Shown here: positions 27,676-36,954 of the stretch, piece after piece
Layout of the letters: each line of letters opens with the position of its first letter
Numbering within the stretch: the stretch's first letter is position 1
NCBI GenBank assembly: GCA_016934825.1
Contig: JAFGSB010000126.1
Span: 675-64,674 of the forward strand
Source: Candidatus Zhuqueibacterota bacterium
Lineage (GTDB): Bacteria; Zhuqueibacterota; Zhuqueibacteria; Residuimicrobiales; Krinioviventaceae
DNA: 64,000 nucleotides
Direction of reading: 5' to 3'
Position numbers and translations under genes: made by a program
The notes under the pieces: generated by a model
What the model saw: the letters and a program-made list of their open reading frames with translations, nothing else
Told to the model about the DNA's origin: nothing
The model's database searches: none

Positions 27676-29022
27676 CTACATTCCCATTCCAGGCATTTTA
27701 GGTGAAAATACTGCGGTTTCCGATGATACAACTGTCAACAAAGTCATGACAAGCATGATGATCAAAGCAACGAAAACCTGTATCCAATCGACAATTGCCT
27801 GCATTTTGTATTTAGATTCTTTTTCATAATACCGCGCTATCTGCAAACTTACCTTTTTTAACGTACCGGATTCGGCGCCGGTATTAAAACGAGTTAGCGC
27901 ATTTTCTGTAAATATATCCGCCTGTTTGAGCGATTCGACAAATCCTTTTCCTTCCCGTACCATCATCGGTATGGTCACTTCCTTGATCCGTTTTTCCATA
28001 TATTTGTTACGGCACGCTTCGGCGGCAGTCCGTATGACCTCGATATTTTCACCCGAGCCGCTGTACATGGAATTGAATACACGGCAAAAAATTTCAATTG
28101 ACGTCTTGTGTAATATCGGCCCGATGATCGGCATTTTTATTGAAAACTTTCCAACAATAATCTGCCCCTTTTTTGTTAAAGCAAGCCGGAACAAAATAAG
28201 CGGCGGAACAAGCAATATTAATACAATCCAGATAATATTCCCTGTCAGGAAATGACTTAAATCCAGACTGGCCTGGGTCATTGGTGGTAATTCTGCGCCA
28301 AAGCTGGCAAACATTTCAGCCGTTTCCGGGAAGATATAACCGATATAAAAAATAACAGCTCCCAATAATACAAACATTGTAATCGAAGGCATTAATAATG
28401 CGCTGCGAATACTCTTTTTAAATTCATGGACCCTTTCCAGGAATATGGCCGTATTCTCATATACCTCGGCCATATTACCGCTCTTGGAAGCCACGCCCAG
28501 CATTTTCGCGGGAAATTTTCCAAGGAAATTGGCCTGTTTGTTAAAGACCTCTTCCCCGTCTTTACCATCTTTTAAATCATTCAGAATTTCTTTAATGATT
28601 TTTTTCATTGATTTATTTGAAATGTCGGTTTCAAGCAAAGTCAATATTTCATCAAAAGGGAGTTTTTCGCGCAGTAAATCCGCGGATAATCTTATAAAAG
28701 TAATTACATCACCCTGCGGGGGCTTCATCCGGAAATCAATTAAACTTTTTTCAACATGTACATCGTCAAATCCCATTCGCCGGAGAGCAAGTTCCACTTC
28801 TTCTTTTGAATAGGCTTCCTGTTCACCCCGTATCAATTGACCGGCCTGTTTACGTACTTTGTACAAATAGACAGACTTTTTTTGTATGGAAGAAAGTGTA
28901 AAACCCTTCTGGCGTGAGAGCAAAGCAATTCTGGATTTTGCTTCGTTTTTATTTTTTACCTCAATATAGCCAGTAATTCTTTTTTGTTGCGGGGTTAAAC
29001 CTGTATAACGAAATTCTGCCAT
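27676..29022 (-). CDS. pilC: PilC/GspF-family platform protein
   Basis: Two GspF-type repeats with 3 TM segments. The start MAEFRYTG at 29022 is preceded by caaggaagaaag. The track extension to 29082 reads through a terminator hairpin. Confidence 0.85.
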   Translation of the reverse strand: MAEFRYTGLTPQQKRITGYIEVKNKNEAKSRIALLSRQKGFTLSSIQKKSVYLYKVRKQAGQLIRGEQEAYSKEEVELALRRMGFDDVHVEKSLIDFRMKPPQGDVITFIRLSADLLREKLPFDEILTLLETDISNKSMKKIIKEILNDLKDGKDGEEVFNKQANFLGKFPAKMLGVASKSGNMAEVYENTAIFLERVHEFKKSIRSALLMPSITMFVLLGAVIFYIGYIFPETAEMFASFGAELPPMTQASLDLSHFLTGNIIWIVLILLVPPLILFRLALTKKGQIIVGKFSIKMPIIGPILHKTSIEIFCRVFNSMYSGSGENIEVIRTAAEACRNKYMEKRIKEVTIPMMVREGKGFVESLKQADIFTENALTRFNTGAESGTLKKVSLQIARYYEKESKYKMQAIVDWIQVFVALIIMLVMTLLTVVSSETAVFSPKMPGMGM

Positions 29023-29050
29023 CTTTCTTCCTTGAATTAAAAAACTGATT

Positions 29051-29080
29051 AAAAAAAGGGCCCAAAAAAATGCTGGGCCC
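29051..29080 (-). terminator. intrinsic terminator/attenuator between the pilin-like gene and pilC
   Basis: Minus strand reads GGGCCCA-gcattttt-TGGGCCC followed by TTTTTTT, a 7-bp GC stem plus T7 run. It sits 170 nt after the pilin stop and 28 nt before the pilC ATG. Confidence 0.6.
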
Positions 29081-29250
29081 ATGTTTACTCTAGAACATAC
29101 CGTGGTTACCTTGACGTATGGAACTTTTGTCTAAACCAGGTTCAGTTATACCTGCAATATACAAGTAAGTACAATTTGTAAAATGATACTAATCATTCAG
29201 CCCAACTTGCTTATTCAAAGACAATAATGTGTAAATTATTGGTCAATCGA

Positions 29251-29679
29251 TTATGCTCCAGCAGCTACTTTGGTTATTGCAGTTGTAGTAATACTGTTCG
29301 GTCCAATAGTCATCTGTACCTGACATACCTGACCATCTTTGTCCTTGTAAGAACCAACGCCTTGTAATGTAACGGCATCGCCCGAGCCCGCGGTGGAAAT
29401 AGTGAAAGTTCCATTTTCGTTTGTGTAAGATGTAGCACCAATTGCAACCGGTGTCATGTGATGCATTCCCAGACCATCAAATTGATTACCGCCGCCGCCC
29501 ATTCCGGTGGGTTTTACATAATATTGCTGCGCACGAGCTGACATGTTCATTAGATCATTAATTACGGCTTCCTGATTCGAAGCTGCAGCCGATGTACCAA
29601 ATGTTTGTATACCGACCACTACTGCGATACCAACAATGATAACGCTTAAAACGATGAGTAAAAGTTGCTGTTGACCCAT
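29251..29679 (-). CDS. major pilin-like protein with non-canonical N-terminus
   Basis: 142 aa, MGQQQLLLIVLSVIIVGIAVVVGIQTF, then a small Gly/Thr-rich globular part. Strong RBS (aaaggag). An in-frame TAA 5 codons upstream fixes the start. First gene of the pilus operon and followed by a terminator. Confidence 0.6.
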   Translation of the reverse strand: MGQQQLLLIVLSVIIVGIAVVVGIQTFGTSAAASNQEAVINDLMNMSARAQQYYVKPTGMGGGGNQFDGLGMHHMTPVAIGATSYTNENGTFTISTAGSGDAVTLQGVGSYKDKDGQVCQVQMTIGPNSITTTAITKVAAGA

Positions 29680-29757
29680 TTTGTACTCCTTTTATTAATT
29701 ATAAATTAAGTTATTTAGGTACAAAGTACGTTTTTTTTATTTTTCACAGTCATTTAT

Positions 29758-29772
29758 TCAAACATTATGCCA
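29758..29772 (-). promoter_or_regulatory. weak sigma54-like -24/-12 element upstream of the pilin-like gene
   Basis: Minus strand TGGCAT-aatgt-TTGA, ~78 nt upstream of the ATG. GG spacing is correct, but the -12 element is GA rather than GC. Confidence 0.25.
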
Positions 29773-30272
29773 TAAATCCGAATTACCTTTTTGAATTTTG
29801 TTAAACCAATAAATCATTAATTTTAATACACTTAAACCAAAAAGAAAGAAGCCACTTTGGTTTCAATAGTTTTCTAAAATCATGAAATTATTACCTAAAA
29901 TGGACAATCAATCAAAATAAACACCTAAAAATTGGATATTTTATGCAACATATTTCTATTTTTTCCTGAAATTTTGAAAAAAAAATCTAAAAATGAGTAA
30001 AAGCCTATAAATACTGGCTAATATGTGTTTACAAAAAGGAACAATACAATAAAAACCGGACCTGTTTCATATTATATTTGTGACAATAAAGTCCCAAGTA
30101 TGCTTGTAAATGATTACATTATTACCCATTATGATAATAAATAATAAACACCTGTCAATCATATATTAAAATCCAAAGTACTTATACCTGTAATACGGCT
30201 TTTGCTATTTATAATAAAAGGATTGACTGAATAGGAAAAAATCATTAAGTTATAGTTTTTAAAGGAGTAATT

Positions 30273-31835
30273 TTGACAGAAGAAAATAAAAAAATACTCT
30301 GGGTAGATGATGAAATCGATCTGTTACGTCCTCATGTATTGTTTCTTGAAAGTAAAGGTTATAATGTTAAAACCGTGACGAACGCAGAAGACGCAATTGA
30401 ATTGGTGAAAAATAATTTTTATGATCTGGTACTGCTCGATGAAATGTTACACGGGATTGATGGTTTATCCGCGCTGAATGAATTAAAGGAAATTAATCCG
30501 GGATTACCTGTTATTATGGTAACCAAAAGCGAGGAAGAATCATTAATGGAAGACGCCATTGGCGCCAAAATCGATGACTATCTGACCAAACCGGTGAATC
30601 CAAGCCAGATACTTTTGGTTTGTAAAAAGATACTTGAAAGTAAAAAAATAGCCGGTCAAAAGATATCGCGGGATTATATCACAGAGTTCAATAAAATAGC
30701 AACCAGACTCCTGGAACCAATGCATTGGGAGGATTGGATTGATATCCATATAAAACTCTCCGATTGGGACGTACAACTTGATCTGCATCCGGATTTGGGA
30801 CTTGAACATACCTTATACGATCAGAAAAAAGATTGCAATGCCGAATTTGGACGTTTTTTTGAACAGCATTATCTTAACTGGCTGACATCGAATAATCGGC
30901 CTCCTCTTTCTGTCGATGTAATTCCAACTTTTGTGATCCCGCAAATCGAAAAAGGTAACAATACAATTTTACTGGTAATTGATAATCTTCGGCTGGATCA
31001 GTGGTTTGTTATTGAGCCGCTGTTAAGAAATTACTTTCGTATAAAACGAGATTATTATTTTTCCATAATTCCTACTGCAACGCCCTATTCCCGAAATGCC
31101 ATTTTTAGCGGACTATTTCCCAGTGAACTGGAGGAAAAAAATCCGGACATGTGGGAAAAAAGCACGGAAGAGGATGACATTTCTCTCAATCGCCTCGAAC
31201 CTCAATTGATGGCGGAATTGTTATTAAGAAAAAAACTCAATCTGAAACCGAGTCCTAAATACGCCAAAATTCTTGATATTAAAGAAGCGCAAAGCGTAGC
31301 CCGAAAAATTCATGAATATGCCGATACACCCTTTTCTGTTATCGTTCTCAATTTTGTTGATATACTGGCACATACCCGAAGTTCATCAAATCTGATAAAA
31401 GAAATGATTCCAAACGAGGCGGCCTATCGTACCATGACAAGATCATGGTTTGAGCATGCGCCCATTTTTGGAGCCCTGCGGCAACTTGCCGACAGCGGTA
31501 ACACTGTAATCATTACCACGGATCATGGAAGTATTCGCAGCAGGCGTGGAACAAAAGTTATTGGAGATCGTAAAACATCAACCAGTCTTCGTTATAAATA
31601 CGGACGTAATCTCAAAGTAAATTTTAAACACGCATTATTTATTAAAGAGCCGGCAGAATATAAATTACCGGCCAGAGGAGTAAATACAAATTATATTATT
31701 GCAAAAGAAGATTATTACTTTGTCTACCCGACAAATTATCATCATTATCTGAATTTCTATGCGGATAGTTTTCAGCACGGAGGAATATCCCTGGAAGAGT
31801 TGATTCTTCCTGTCATGACGCTTGAGCCAAAATAA
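30273..31835 (+). CDS. PorX-like response regulator (receiver + PglZ/alkaline-phosphatase-fold domain)
   Basis: 520 aa. Receiver: ILWVDDE, LVLLDEMLHG, VIMVTK, DYLTKP. The C-terminal part is PglZ-like (LVIDNLRLDQW...TPYSRNAIFSG...DILAH...TTDHGS). TTG start 7 nt after aaaggag. Confidence 0.75.
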   Translation: MTEENKKILWVDDEIDLLRPHVLFLESKGYNVKTVTNAEDAIELVKNNFYDLVLLDEMLHGIDGLSALNELKEINPGLPVIMVTKSEEESLMEDAIGAKIDDYLTKPVNPSQILLVCKKILESKKIAGQKISRDYITEFNKIATRLLEPMHWEDWIDIHIKLSDWDVQLDLHPDLGLEHTLYDQKKDCNAEFGRFFEQHYLNWLTSNNRPPLSVDVIPTFVIPQIEKGNNTILLVIDNLRLDQWFVIEPLLRNYFRIKRDYYFSIIPTATPYSRNAIFSGLFPSELEEKNPDMWEKSTEEDDISLNRLEPQLMAELLLRKKLNLKPSPKYAKILDIKEAQSVARKIHEYADTPFSVIVLNFVDILAHTRSSSNLIKEMIPNEAAYRTMTRSWFEHAPIFGALRQLADSGNTVIITTDHGSIRSRRGTKVIGDRKTSTSLRYKYGRNLKVNFKHALFIKEPAEYKLPARGVNTNYIIAKEDYYFVYPTNYHHYLNFYADSFQHGGISLEELILPVMTLEPK

Positions 31836-32328
31836 ACTTATTAATTTGTATAATCAATCAGAGCAATTGAAAACTTTATTAAAAAAAAAGACATACAGCA
31901 CGGAAGAAACGCTGGCCCTGGGAAAAACTTTTTCATCCGAATTGGCGCCCGGTAGTATTGTATGCTTATTTGGAAAACTTGGCAGCGGCAAAACAACTTT
32001 TATCCGTGGTGTTTGTGAAGGATTGGGTACAAAAGATTTAGTGACCAGTCCGACATTTACATTAATTAATGAATATAGAAATTCTCCACCGATATATCAT
32101 TTTGATTTTTACCGAATTCAATCAGAGTCAGAATTATATGAATTGGGACTGGATGAATACCTATACGGGGAAGGTATATCGCTGATTGAATGGCCGGAAA
32201 TCATAATAAAAGAGATAATCGGACAAAGATTTGAAATTCACATGAAATGGGATATTGAATCTGACTGGGAAACTGAACGTAATATATTAATAACCCAAAA
32301 TCAAAACAATTTAAGAAATACAAATTAG
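31822..32328 (+). CDS. tsaE: tRNA t6A37 biosynthesis ATPase TsaE
   Basis: Contains LFGKLGSGKTTFIRG, YHFDFYR and EWPE. The start is uncertain, with several in-frame TTG codons between 31822 and 31870. Confidence 0.8.
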   Translation: MSQNKLINLYNQSEQLKTLLKKKTYSTEETLALGKTFSSELAPGSIVCLFGKLGSGKTTFIRGVCEGLGTKDLVTSPTFTLINEYRNSPPIYHFDFYRIQSESELYELGLDEYLYGEGISLIEWPEIIIKEIIGQRFEIHMKWDIESDWETERNILITQNQNNLRNTN

Positions 32329-32329
32329 T

Positions 32330-33025
32330 TTGAAAATACTTGGAATTGAAACTGCTACTCAGATTTGCAGCGCTGCAATCATTGAGGATGACATATTATT
32401 GGCCGATTACAGGCTTAATATTAAAAACATCCACGCACAAGGACTTTTCCGGATAATCGACCATCTTTGTCTTATGACCAATACGGAAATTAACAAACTT
32501 GACGGTATTGCTATTTCTATCGGTCCCGGATCGTTTACCGGACTGCGTATCGGTCTTGCCGCGGTTAAGGGATTGGCCATATCATCAGATATACCGGTCA
32601 CTTCGGTCTCAACATTACAGGGTCTTGCTTTTCAGGCGCCTATAACAAACGGATTAATCTGTCCGCTTTTAAAATCCCGTAACAAGGAATATTATGCGGC
32701 ATTATATGACAGGCAAAACGGACAGGATCAATTAATAAAAAAGGTAACGGTTATCACCAACGATGAATTATTATCGTTCCTGCAGCCCAGGACATTACTG
32801 ATTGGTCATACAACTGATTTTTCGGAAATAGATTTTTCCGATAAAGGGATTACAATTGCTCCTGATCATTTTTCTGTGCCGGGCGCTTTTAATATAGCAT
32901 ACCTGGGTTCACAGCAAATAAAACAGAATAATATCAGTAATATTGATACTTTAGAACCGTTATACCATCAGGAATTTATTGCCGGAATTCCAAAGCCCCC
33001 GCTTATTGTTAACAAAAATGATTAG
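32330..33025 (+). CDS. tsaB: tRNA t6A37 biosynthesis protein TsaB
   Basis: MKILGIETATQICSAAI, GPGSFTGLRIG. TTG start. Confidence 0.85.
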   Translation: MKILGIETATQICSAAIIEDDILLADYRLNIKNIHAQGLFRIIDHLCLMTNTEINKLDGIAISIGPGSFTGLRIGLAAVKGLAISSDIPVTSVSTLQGLAFQAPITNGLICPLLKSRNKEYYAALYDRQNGQDQLIKKVTVITNDELLSFLQPRTLLIGHTTDFSEIDFSDKGITIAPDHFSVPGAFNIAYLGSQQIKQNNISNIDTLEPLYHQEFIAGIPKPPLIVNKND

Positions 33026-33030
33026 TCCTG

Positions 33031-33516
33031 ATGATAAATTCAGAGTATGATATAACCCTTGATTCCGGTTTATTATTACATATGAGACCCATGCAAAGTG
33101 AGGATATCGACCATATATATGAATTGGAAAAAGCAATCTTCCCTTCCCCGTGGTCTCGTTCATCTTTTGAGGCGGAACTTTTGCATGACTATTCCAAATG
33201 CCTGGTCGTATGTAATGAAAATACACGAATTGCTTATACTGTATTCTGGATAATTGAAGATGAACTCCATATTGCGAATCTTGCCGTTCGGGAATCATAT
33301 CGCGGCCTTGGAATCGCTTCATGGATAATGGATATAATATTTACTATCGCACATGATTATAACATAAAAATCATGCATTTGGAGGTTAGAAAATCCAATT
33401 TTAAAGCCATAAATTTATATCAGAAATATGGATTTGAAATTGCAGGTATACGTAAAAATTATTATGAATCTGAAAATGAAGATGCTATATTAATGAGTTT
33501 CTATTTTAATTTTTAA
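33031..33516 (+). CDS. rimI: ribosomal-protein-alanine N-acetyltransferase (GNAT)
   Basis: 161 aa, GNAT motif RGLGIASWIM...LEVRKSNFKAINLYQKYGF. Conserved tsaB-rimI synteny. Confidence 0.75.
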   Translation: MINSEYDITLDSGLLLHMRPMQSEDIDHIYELEKAIFPSPWSRSSFEAELLHDYSKCLVVCNENTRIAYTVFWIIEDELHIANLAVRESYRGLGIASWIMDIIFTIAHDYNIKIMHLEVRKSNFKAINLYQKYGFEIAGIRKNYYESENEDAILMSFYFNF

Positions 33517-33720
33517 CGTCCGGTTAAATCCGAATACGATACCCTTAATTTTATTTATTATTAACATTTCGGGTATTCGGTCGTTTGATGACCTGTTTGT
33601 AAGAATAAAATTTTTATTTATATCACTTGATTTTATTGAAGCTTTGTACATGATCAGGTGAAGGTGTCCGTTAACCGGAAACCGGTGATTGAATAGTTGT
33701 TGAATTTAAATGGAGTTAAA

Positions 33721-34596
33721 ATGGCGTGGTTTAAACGTGTTAAAAAAGGACTTGTAACACAAACAAAAAAAGAATTACCCGACGGATTATGGATAAAATG
33801 TCAAAATTGCGGTGAGGTCATATATAAAAAAGAGTTGGAAAAAAATTTATTTGTGTGCATGAAATGTGATTACCATTTCCGGATAAACAGTGACGATTAT
33901 ATCAGAATTCTGGCAGACAACAACTCTTTTGTTGAATTCAACGCCAAAATACAGTCCGCCGATCCTTTAAAATTTAAAGATTCGAAACGATACTCCGACA
34001 GGCTTAAAACGACTATGAATTCGACAAATCTTACTGAAGCAATCAAAACCGGAATGTGTTCCATAAATCATATACCTGTTATTCTTGCGGTAATGGATTT
34101 TCGATTTATCGGCGGCAGCATGGGTTCAGTAGTGGGCGAAAAAATCGCCCGGGCGATCAACATTGCCCTGGAGAAGAGACAGCCACTGATCATCATTTCC
34201 GCATCAGGAGGTGCACGAATGCAGGAGTCCTCTTATTCTCTTATGCAAATGGCCAAAACTTCCGCGCATCTTGCCCTTCTTTCAGATGCAAAGTTGCCCT
34301 ATCTTTCCATTCTTACACATCCGACTACCGGCGGCGTTACGGCAAGTTATTCCATGCTTGGAGATGTTATACTGGCAGAACCAAAAGCCCTTATCGGTTT
34401 CGCCGGCCCACGTGTCATAAAACAAACAATCGGCCAGGATTTACCGGACGGTTTTCAAAAATCCGAATTTTTACTGGAACATGGTTTTGTCGATTCCGTT
34501 GTTCACCGTAAGAATCTGAAGGAACGGGTACATCAGATACTGACTTTTTTCCCTCTTGAAAATAAAAGCGATGAACAGAAAGAACTGAATTATTAG
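33721..34596 (+). CDS. accD: acetyl-CoA carboxylase carboxyltransferase beta subunit
   Basis: MAWFKR..., Zn-ribbon CQNCGEVIYKKELEKNLFVCMKCDYH, FIGGSMGSVVGEK. ATG at 33721 is preferred over the track start at 33697. Confidence 0.9.
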   Translation: MAWFKRVKKGLVTQTKKELPDGLWIKCQNCGEVIYKKELEKNLFVCMKCDYHFRINSDDYIRILADNNSFVEFNAKIQSADPLKFKDSKRYSDRLKTTMNSTNLTEAIKTGMCSINHIPVILAVMDFRFIGGSMGSVVGEKIARAINIALEKRQPLIIISASGGARMQESSYSLMQMAKTSAHLALLSDAKLPYLSILTHPTTGGVTASYSMLGDVILAEPKALIGFAGPRVIKQTIGQDLPDGFQKSEFLLEHGFVDSVVHRKNLKERVHQILTFFPLENKSDEQKELNY

Positions 34597-34636
34597 TTCT
34601 AACACTTTTTATATTGCGGTAAAGGAATAAACGATT

Positions 34637-35416
34637 TTGAAAATCCTGTTGACAAATGATGATGGAATCAGCGCACCAGGCCTGGCTGCACTGGCAAAAG
34701 AGATGAATCACCTTGGCGAAACATATATTGTCGCTCCGGAGACGGAAATGAGCGCAGTCGGACATGCCATTACTCTGCATGATCCGCTTCGGGTCAGTGA
34801 TTATTATAAAAATGGGACCTATTTCGGAAAGGCTGTCAGCGGGACACCCGCCGATTGTGTTAAAATCGCGTGGAGCGCCCTTCTCAAGGATCAGCCTAAA
34901 ACAGACTTACTTGTATCCGGTATTAACCTGGGTTCAAATACCGGCATCAATACCATTTATTCGGGTACGGTTTCGGCGGCAACAGAAGGGGCAATTCTGG
35001 GGATCCCGTCATTTGCCATTTCACTGACAACCTTTTCTCGGCCGGATTTTTCTTTTGCGGCAAGATTCGCCCGCTATCTGGCTGAAAAAATAATCAAAAA
35101 TAAACTGCCGCAGGGTGTATTTTTAAATGTAAATGTTCCGGCTGTGCCGGAAGATCAAATTAACGGCATCAAAATTACCCGCCAGGGATTGACCAATTAT
35201 ACCGAAGAATTTCAGGTCAGAAAAGATCCGCGGCAACGTGAGTATTACTGGCTTACAGGAGAAAAACAGGAGATCGAACCTGATGATGATGTGGACGACC
35301 GGGCCATTATGCAAAATAAAATATCGATAACTCCCGTACATTATGATCTCACATATTATTCTTTTATTAATGAACTGGAAAACTGGGATTTAAAACTTAA
35401 CCAGGGAAAGAAATGA
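34637..35416 (+). CDS. surE: 5'/3'-nucleotidase SurE
   Basis: [36 protein letters not shown] start. Confidence 0.9.
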   Translation: MKILLTNDDGISAPGLAALAKEMNHLGETYIVAPETEMSAVGHAITLHDPLRVSDYYKNGTYFGKAVSGTPADCVKIAWSALLKDQPKTDLLVSGINLGSNTGINTIYSGTVSAATEGAILGIPSFAISLTTFSRPDFSFAARFARYLAEKIIKNKLPQGVFLNVNVPAVPEDQINGIKITRQGLTNYTEEFQVRKDPRQREYYWLTGEKQEIEPDDDVDDRAIMQNKISITPVHYDLTYYSFINELENWDLKLNQGKK

Positions 35417-36951
35417 AACACGAAGAATCAATTATCGTACTGGATTTTGGCTCTCAATATACACAACTTATCGCCCGTCGAATTCGTGAATTTGGTGTTT
35501 ACTCGGAAATCAAACAGTTTGATTTTGATTTAAATGAACTGGATAAGCTGAATCCGAAAGGGATCATTTTATCGGGTGGACCCTCCTCCGTATATGACAA
35601 GAACGCGCCGTTACCGGATAAAAAACTTTTTGACATGGGATATCCGATATTGGGTATTTGTTACGGACTGCAGGTGATTGCCCATTTGAACGGCGGCAAA
35701 GTGGCCGGCGCCCTGCATCGTGAATACGGTCGCGCGGAATTAACCGTTGACGATCATTCCGATCTGTTCTTTCAATTGGAAAATTTTCTGACAGTCTGGA
35801 TGAGTCATGGCGACCGCCTGGAGAATATGACCGATGATTTTAAAATTATCGGGCACACGGGGAATGCTCCGATTGCCGCTGTTCGGCATAAAATCAAACC
35901 ATTTTACGGAATACAATTTCATCCCGAAGTTGTACATACACCAAAGGGAAATAAAATTTTAGAAAACTTTGTGATAAAGATATGCGGATGCAGCAAATCA
36001 TGGAACGCGAGTTCATTTGTCGATACGGCGGTAAACGAAATCAAAAACAAGGTAGGCCAGGAACAAGCAATATGCGCTCTCAGCGGCGGTGTTGACTCGA
36101 CGGTCGCCGCCTATCTTGTCGCTCGTGCAATTGGCAAAAATTTAACCTGTATATTTGTCGATACGGGTCTTTTGAGAGCGGGCGAAGCAGAACAGGTTAA
36201 TAATTATTTCGGGGAAGCCGATTTTAAATTTATCCATGTTGACGCGGGTCAGAGATTTTTAACAAAACTGGATCGGGTTATGGATCCGGAAAAGAAGCGA
36301 AAAATAATTGGTGAAGAGTTTATACGTGTTTTCGAAGAAGAGGCAAAAAAAATTGGCGACATCAATTATCTGATCCAGGGTACATTATATCCCGATGTCA
36401 TTGAAAGCGTTTCCACAAAAGGTCCGTCCGCTTTAATAAAATCCCATCATAATGTAGGGGGATTACCCGAAAAAATGGGATTAAAATTACTGGAACCCCT
36501 GCGTGAATTATTCAAGGACGAAGTGCGGAAAGTGGGAAAAGAATTAAAAATACCGGAAAATATTCTGGGACGGCACCCTTTTCCCGGGCCCGGTTTGGCC
36601 GTTCGGATACTCGGAGAAATTACCAATGAAAGGCTGGCAATCCTGAGACCGGCAGACAAAATCTATATTGAAGAACTGAAAAAAAACGATCAGTATGATA
36701 AAATCTGGCAGGCTTTTGCCGTATTATTACCGGTACAGACTGTCGGAGTTATGGGCGATGAAAGAACGTATGAGAATGTGATCGCTTTGAGGGCGGTTAC
36801 CAGCATGGACGGGATGACCGCCGACTGGGCAAAAATTCCGAACGATATTTTAGCGAAAATTTCAAACCGGATTATTAATGAAGTAAAAGGCGTAAATCGG
36901 GTGGTTTACGATATAAGCTCAAAACCACCAAGCACCATTGAATGGGAATAA
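35413..36951 (+). CDS. guaA: GMP synthase (glutamine-hydrolysing)
   Basis: GATase ([14 protein letters not shown]) plus ATP-PPase (SGGVDSTV) plus the C-terminal IEWE end. ATGA overlap with surE. Confidence 0.95.
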   Translation: MKHEESIIVLDFGSQYTQLIARRIREFGVYSEIKQFDFDLNELDKLNPKGIILSGGPSSVYDKNAPLPDKKLFDMGYPILGICYGLQVIAHLNGGKVAGALHREYGRAELTVDDHSDLFFQLENFLTVWMSHGDRLENMTDDFKIIGHTGNAPIAAVRHKIKPFYGIQFHPEVVHTPKGNKILENFVIKICGCSKSWNASSFVDTAVNEIKNKVGQEQAICALSGGVDSTVAAYLVARAIGKNLTCIFVDTGLLRAGEAEQVNNYFGEADFKFIHVDAGQRFLTKLDRVMDPEKKRKIIGEEFIRVFEEEAKKIGDINYLIQGTLYPDVIESVSTKGPSALIKSHHNVGGLPEKMGLKLLEPLRELFKDEVRKVGKELKIPENILGRHPFPGPGLAVRILGEITNERLAILRPADKIYIEELKKNDQYDKIWQAFAVLLPVQTVGVMGDERTYENVIALRAVTSMDGMTADWAKIPNDILAKISNRIINEVKGVNRVVYDISSKPPSTIEWE

Positions 36952-36954
36952 AAT

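Noticed and set aside
34056-34511. 151-aa and 69-aa alternative-frame ORFs inside accD
   Set aside because: They are same-strand frame-shifted readings of accD with Arg/Cys/Ser-rich composition. AccD motifs occupy the annotated frame.
36952-36954. glmS ribozyme upstream of glmS
   Set aside because: Only 3 nt separate guaA and glmS, so there is no room for a leader RNA.
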